Positions 23,813-27,765 of a stretch of 27,765 nt of DNA are shown here, piece by piece (the first letter of the stretch is position 1; every line of letters starts with the position of its first letter). Below the pieces are notes generated by a model. That model was not told the origin of the DNA. It ran no database searches and saw only the letters and a program-made list of their open reading frames with translations. Both the position numbers and the translations under genes were made by a program. Origin of the DNA: a virus (taxonomy: Duplodnaviria > Caudoviricetes); IMG/VR virus record IMGVR_UViG_3300037524_000463, positions 1 through 27,765 of that record; one strand, written 5' to 3'.

Positions 23813-24934
23813 ATGCGGGCCACCGTCCTAACCGACGCGGAATTTGCCGCAGCGTGGAAGCGTGCCGGCGGATCGCCGCGCGTCATGGCGCAGCAGACCG
23901 GCATAAGCGAACGCGCCATCTACGCGCGCCGCGCCCGGATGGATGCGCGGGATCTGCACTTGCCGTCCATCCCGACCGGGCCGGGCGGCGTGCGGGTCTA
24001 TACGCCAGAAGCGCGCGCCTATGTGCATCGCGCCCCGCTGTCTGTGACCGATGGCGTGGTGATCGTGTTTTCTGACGCGCACTGGTGGCCGGGGCAGGAA
24101 ATCAGCGCGGCGCACCATGCGCTGCTGGCAATGGTCGAGCGGCTGAACCCGGCGGCGATTATCGCAAACGGCGATATCATGGACCTGCCGGGCATATCGC
24201 GGCACGACCCGAACGGCTGGGAAAACACGCCGCCGGTCATGGCGGAACTTGAAACCTGCCAGGTGCATATGGCGGCGATTGCAGAGCGCGCGCCGGGCGC
24301 GAAGCTGCTGCGGACCATCGGCAACCACGACAAGCGGTTTGACAGTTACCTCGCTGTCCGGGTGCCGGACTACAAGCACCTGGCCGGGATGATGCTGCGC
24401 GATCATCTGCCCGATTGGGCGGAAAGCATGAGCATCGAGATCAACGGCGCGGTAATCGTCAAGCACCGCTGGCACCAAGGCGTTCACGCTGGGCACAACA
24501 ACGTGCTGAAGGCGGGGCGCACCATTGTCACGGGGCATTTGCACCGGCTGCTGGCCACCCCTTACGCCGATTACAACGGGCGGCGGTGGGGTGTGGATAC
24601 CGGGACGTTGAGCGACCCGGAGCGGCAGCAGTTCGATTACAGCGAGGATGCGCCGAAGAATTGGGGTTCTGGTTTTGCGGTGCTGACGTTCCGGCGCGGC
24701 GCGCTGCTGCCGCCTGAGTTTTGCGAAGTCATCCGTGGCACCGCGTATTTCCGGGGCGAGGTTGTGCATGAGCAAAAGCGAACTGGCCGCCGCGCTGGAC
24801 TTCGCAGCGGAGGAAGCCAAGCGAAGCGGCGCGGCGACGTTCCTGCTGGCGTGGGAAGAGGGCGGCCAGATGCACGTGCGGACGCACCCGCAAAGCGGGG
24901 CGCTGCTGCGCGGCGTGGTGCTGCTGCTGAGTGA
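23813..24934 (+). CDS. Calcineurin-like metallophosphoesterase with N-terminal HTH
   Basis: Motifs SDAH, NGDIMD, GNHD, KH and GHLH; N-terminal SPRVMAQQTGISERAIYARR. Confidence 0.9.
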   Translation: MRATVLTDAEFAAAWKRAGGSPRVMAQQTGISERAIYARRARMDARDLHLPSIPTGPGGVRVYTPEARAYVHRAPLSVTDGVVIVFSDAHWWPGQEISAAHHALLAMVERLNPAAIIANGDIMDLPGISRHDPNGWENTPPVMAELETCQVHMAAIAERAPGAKLLRTIGNHDKRFDSYLAVRVPDYKHLAGMMLRDHLPDWAESMSIEINGAVIVKHRWHQGVHAGHNNVLKAGRTIVTGHLHRLLATPYADYNGRRWGVDTGTLSDPERQQFDYSEDAPKNWGSGFAVLTFRRGALLPPEFCEVIRGTAYFRGEVVHEQKRTGRRAGLRSGGSQAKRRGDVPAGVGRGRPDARADAPAKRGAAARRGAAAE

Positions 24935-24986
24935 GCAGGCATTTCCCGATGACAGCGACGACGACGATGACGACGACGCAGACTGA
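24768..24986 (+). CDS. Small protein with poly-Asp tail, 72 aa
   Basis: GAGG SD before ATG 24768; protein-like sequence ending DDSDDDDDDDAD; overlaps the phosphoesterase 3' end. Confidence 0.65.
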   Translation: MSKSELAAALDFAAEEAKRSGAATFLLAWEEGGQMHVRTHPQSGALLRGVVLLLSEQAFPDDSDDDDDDDAD

Positions 24987-24990
24987 GCCG

Positions 24991-25167
24991 GTGAACATGG
25001 AGATTGCCGAAAGCGCGCTTGGCGAAAGCCTCGCGGTGGCCGATGGCAACCTTGCGCTGTTCTGGGGCTCTGCGTCGCACCGGGCGGCCTACATGGCGCA
25101 GGCGCGGGCGCTGATCCGGCCGCTTGAGATACGGGGCTGGCGGCTGGCGCGGGTGGATAAGCCGTGA
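24991..25167 (+). CDS. Small hypothetical protein (start uncertain: 24931, 24991 or 24997)
   Basis: Fills the gap; GTGA overlap with the next gene. Confidence 0.55.
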   Translation: MNMEIAESALGESLAVADGNLALFWGSASHRAAYMAQARALIRPLEIRGWRLARVDKP

Positions 25168-25745
25168 TCTGCGCGACGGCGCTGGTGCTTCTGATGGACG
25201 CCAGCACGTCGATTTTCCCGACTGAGTGGCTCGAGCAAGTCGAGGCCACGGCGCGCGCTGTCGAAAGCGCCGAGGTTGCCGACGCCATCGCGCGCGGCGG
25301 GGCGATAGCGGTCAAGGCGGTGGCCTTCGCGGAGGACACTGCGCCCATGACTGATTGGGCGCTGCTACGCAACGCGGACGACGCCCGCGCCTATGCCGAG
25401 CGGCTGCGGGCGGTGCGGCGCGCGCTGCACGGCGGCACCGACATAGGCCGCGCGATCATGGCGGCGCACGCGGCGCTTGGGGCTGCGCCGTGCGAGGCAG
25501 ATCGGCACGTTATCGACCTGTCCACCGATGGCGAGGCGCCCGAGGGCGCGACGGCGGCGGCGCGGGATGCGGCGCAGATGGACGGCGTGACGATCAACGC
25601 CATCGTGGTCGGGGCGCAAGCGCGGCCGGAAAGCGTGCGGGAACACGCCATAACCGGCGATGGGTTCCTGATACAGGCGAGCGATTGGCACCAATACGCG
25701 GCGATGGTGCGCCGCAAGGTAATTCTGGAGACGGCGGCACGATGA
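25164..25745 (+). CDS. DUF1194-like von Willebrand factor A domain protein
   Basis: ALVLLMDASTSI (MIDAS DxSxS), GGTDIGRAI, RHVIDLSTDG, GVTINAI and RRKVILE. Confidence 0.88.
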   Translation: MICATALVLLMDASTSIFPTEWLEQVEATARAVESAEVADAIARGGAIAVKAVAFAEDTAPMTDWALLRNADDARAYAERLRAVRRALHGGTDIGRAIMAAHAALGAAPCEADRHVIDLSTDGEAPEGATAAARDAAQMDGVTINAIVVGAQARPESVREHAITGDGFLIQASDWHQYAAMVRRKVILETAAR

Positions 25746-25930
25746 AAGACAGGATGCTGGACTATCTGCGCGAGAACCTGCGCGACCCTGGCACCATGCG
25801 AAGCATCGCGTGGGCGCTGGTGGGGCTGGCCATGAACGCCCGCGCCGAGGCGGCGGTTGAGCATTACGCGAGCCTTGCCGTCGTGGCGCTGGGGCTGATT
25901 AGCGCGGCGATCCCGCCGAAGAAGCCGTGA
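25742..25930 (+). CDS. Putative holin, 62 aa
   Basis: ATGA overlap, GGAG SD, LRDPGTMRSIAWALVG plus a second hydrophobic helix and basic tail; directly before the spanins. Confidence 0.65.
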   Translation: MKDRMLDYLRENLRDPGTMRSIAWALVGLAMNARAEAAVEHYASLAVVALGLISAAIPPKKP

Positions 25931-26181
25931 TGGCTTTCCTTGCCACGCCGCTGGCCCGCTGGGCAGCCGTGGGCGTCGTTGTGGCGCTGCTGGCGGGGTG
26001 GGGCGCCATCGAGCGCGCCGGGCGCCAGACGGCTGCCGCAGACGCCGCACTGGCCCGTGCCGAGGCCGCGACCCTGCGCGAGCGCATCAAGCACATGGAG
26101 ACACGTAATGCGGTGGAAGACGCTGTGCGCCGCGAGCCTAGCCCTGTTGACCGGCTGCGCGACGAATGGACCCGCCCCTGA
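25927..26181 (+). CDS. i-spanin (Rz-like)
   Basis: N-terminal TM, then coiled coil; overlapped by a +1-frame lipoprotein gene. Confidence 0.8.
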   Translation: MMAFLATPLARWAAVGVVVALLAGWGAIERAGRQTAAADAALARAEAATLRERIKHMETRNAVEDAVRREPSPVDRLRDEWTRP

Positions 26182-26305
26182 CCCCTGCGGGCCATGGCGG
26201 GCGATCCTTGTCCACAAGGACGATGCGCTGACCGAGGAAACCGCGCGGCAGTTGCTGACGCACAATCGCACGGGCGCGCAGTTGTGCGGGTGGGGGCGGT
26301 CGTGA
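26108..26305 (+). CDS. o-spanin (Rz1-like lipoprotein), 65 aa
   Basis: GGAG SD, ATG 26108; MRWKTLCAASLALLTGC lipobox; C.PW..I...DD.LT.ETARQ.L.HN..G...CGW. Confidence 0.85.
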   Translation: MRWKTLCAASLALLTGCATNGPAPDPCGPWRAILVHKDDALTEETARQLLTHNRTGAQLCGWGRS

Positions 26306-27027
26306 GCGTCCTTGCCCGCCTGCGCGATTGGCTGCGCAAGCCCGAGACCGCGCCTGCCGCCGCGCCGCTGCCGATCCCGGTTGAGCCCGTGGGCGATCCG
26401 CCGAATTGGCCCGCCATCCTCCGCGCCGCCGGGTTCGTGAACCCGTCCACTTGGGCAGTGTCCATCGCGCCCGCTGCACAGCGCCGGGGCATCCACGCGG
26501 GGCGCCGGGCCGCTGCCTTCGCGGCCACCATCGCGCACGAGTCAGCGGGCGGCACGCGGCTGGTGGAAAGCATGAATTACGATCCGGCCGGGCTTATGAA
26601 AACTTGGCCCTCCAGATTTACGCAAGACGCGGCGAACAGCTTGGGGCGGCGTAACGGTATGGCCGCGCGGCAAGAGGCAATTGCAGAAACCGTGTATGGC
26701 GGGCGCATGGGCAACGGGCCGCGAGGTTCCGGCGACGGCTGGCGCTACCGGGGCAGGGGGTTGATCCAAATCACCGGCCGCGACGCTTACAGCACCGCCG
26801 CAGACGCGCTGAACCTACCGCTGGTGTCCCGCCCTGAGATAGCGGCCGAGCCTGGCGCCGCCGCCGAAATTGCCGCTTGGACGTGGGGCGCGTGGAAGGG
26901 CTGCAACAGCCTGGCAGACGCCGGGGACGTGGAAAGCTGGCGGCGGCGGATCAACGGCGGGCACATCGGCCTAGACGACTGCCGCGCGCGGTATCGCGCT
27001 GTCATGGAGGCGATGCGGTGGACCTGA
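26302..27027 (+). CDS. Endolysin, glycoside hydrolase family 19
   Basis: GTGA overlap start; AHES..G..LVE.MNY, DGWRYRGRGLIQITGR..Y, RRINGG..GL.D. Confidence 0.93.
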   Translation: MSVLARLRDWLRKPETAPAAAPLPIPVEPVGDPPNWPAILRAAGFVNPSTWAVSIAPAAQRRGIHAGRRAAAFAATIAHESAGGTRLVESMNYDPAGLMKTWPSRFTQDAANSLGRRNGMAARQEAIAETVYGGRMGNGPRGSGDGWRYRGRGLIQITGRDAYSTAADALNLPLVSRPEIAAEPGAAAEIAAWTWGAWKGCNSLADAGDVESWRRRINGGHIGLDDCRARYRAVMEAMRWT

Positions 27028-27122
27028 CCGACCTGATCCGCGAGGCGCTGGCGCTGGTGGGCATCGCGGTGGCGGTGTCGTTCGGCGCGGGGTTTGCGGC
27101 CGGGTGGTGGGCGCGGCGATAA
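27018..27122 (+). CDS. 34-aa single-pass membrane protein
   Basis: GGAGG SD (27006-27010) 7 nt before GTG 27018; MDLTDLIREALALVGIAVAVSFGAGFAAGWWARR. Confidence 0.6.
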   Translation: MDLTDLIREALALVGIAVAVSFGAGFAAGWWARR

Positions 27123-27148
27123 CCCGGATTCTTTCCACAAACTCAGCG

Positions 27149-27221
27149 TGATATACTGCGGCCTGCGGTGGCGCTGCGAACGCCAGCCGCAAGCCTGACC
27201 ATCAAACGTCCTCAGGAGACG
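27149..27221 (+). promoter_or_regulatory. Extended -10 promoter and structured leader of the HNH gene
   Basis: TG-A-TATACT (27149-27157); 13-bp interrupted hairpin 27160-27195; CGTC/GACG stem around the AGGAG SD. Confidence 0.6.
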
Positions 27222-27225
27222 CAGA

Positions 27226-27765
27226 ATGGCTTTTGACGGTATCGCGCCGGAATGGCGCGAATGCAAGGGATTCCCGGAATACGAGGTCAGCAGCGCCGGG
27301 GAAGTCCGGCGGGCAGGGCGCGTGCTAAAAGCAACCCGAAGCAGCCTCGGTTATATGACCTTGAACCTGCGTCTCAACGGCGGCCGCAAGCACGCTTACG
27401 TTCATTGCCTTGTTGCCGAAGCTTTCCACGGCGCCCGGCCACCCGGCAACGACGTTGACCACATCAACCACCAGCGCGACGATAACCGCGCGGCGAATCT
27501 GCGGTGGCTCAGCCGCTCAGACAACCTCTTGCGCAGGACGGCAGCGAATTTGGGCGGCAAACCTCCCCTGCGTGGCACGCGCCTGACCGATGAAGATGCC
27601 ATGGAAATCCATCGCTTGCGCGGCGAAGGGTGGGCGCAAAAGGCCATCGGAGAGCGGTTCGGCATCCCGCAAGTGACGGTCAGCGCGATCCTGACGGGGC
27701 GCCTGCGCTGGTATCTGTGGGATCGCGCCCGACAGGAACTTGGCCCTAAGTGGCACAACTCTTGC
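27226..27765 (+). CDS. NUMOD4-HNH homing endonuclease with C-terminal HTH (3'-truncated by the window)
   Basis: Translated by hand: EWRECKGFPEYEVSSAGEVRR (NUMOD4); VHCLVAEAF...VDHINHQRDDNRAANLRW (HNH); LTDEDAMEIHRL...QKAIGERFGIPQVTVSAI (HTH). No stop in the window, so absent from the ORF track. Confidence 0.92.
   Translation, partial: MAFDGIAPEWRECKGFPEYEVSSAGEVRRAGRVLKATRSSLGYMTLNLRLNGGRKHAYVHCLVAEAFHGARPPGNDVDHINHQRDDNRAANLRWLSRSDNLLRRTAANLGGKPPLRGTRLTDEDAMEIHRLRGEGWAQKAIGERFGIPQVTVSAILTGRLRWYLWDRARQELGPKWHNSC

Larger units (their letters stand above)
1..27765 (+). mobile_element. Tailed phage or prophage segment, P22-like podovirus architecture (late region)
   Basis: Contiguous terL-portal-scaffold-capsid-adaptor-gp10-like-ejection-fibre-lysis order, mostly joined by ATGA/GTGA overlaps. 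No tail tube, sheath or tape-measure gene, no host genes and no ends visible. Confidence 0.93.

Noticed and set aside
10820-25372. Other long antisense or alternate-frame ORFs (10820..12379, 16952..18229, 18160..19947, 19664..21118, 23828..25372)
   Set aside because: They lie over genes with clear family motifs and are low-information shadow translations.
1-27765. Gene transfer agent, CRISPR array, tRNA, integrase/att
   Set aside because: The architecture is P22-like podoviral rather than the RcGTA siphoviral cluster. I saw no spaced repeats, cloverleaf or recombinase motifs, so lifestyle cannot be settled from this window.

Overview
The whole window reads as one GC-rich tailed-phage (or prophage) segment with short-tailed, P22-like gene order. 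The host is probably alphaproteobacterial, inferred from DUF6456-, DUF6525- and DUF1194-like genes. From left to right: small early/regulatory genes (1-1540); a DUF6456-like gene plus a stand-alone sigma70-region-4 gene sitting directly on a late promoter/terminator (1540-2345); a 12-aa leader ORF; terS, terL and portal; an 8-gene accessory virion block between portal and scaffold; a structured RNA leader, scaffold and major capsid; decoration and adaptor genes; fibre genes; a gp10-like tail hub; three DNA-ejection proteins (one with a lytic transglycosylase domain); an antisense lipoprotein; a Gly-rich tail fibre; an expanded lysis cassette (holin-like genes, HTH-metallophosphoesterase, DUF1194 vWA, Rz/Rz1 spanins, GH19 endolysin); and a NUMOD4-HNH gene running off the end. 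I saw no integrase, att site, tRNA, rRNA or CRISPR array. All family assignments come from motif recognition by eye, not database searches. Best novelty candidates: the DUF6456/sigma4 late switch, the tandem-pseudoknot scaffold leader, the portal-adjacent accessory block, the decoration-adaptor fusion, the phosphoesterase/vWA insert in the lysis cassette, and the head-to-head overlapped lipoprotein.
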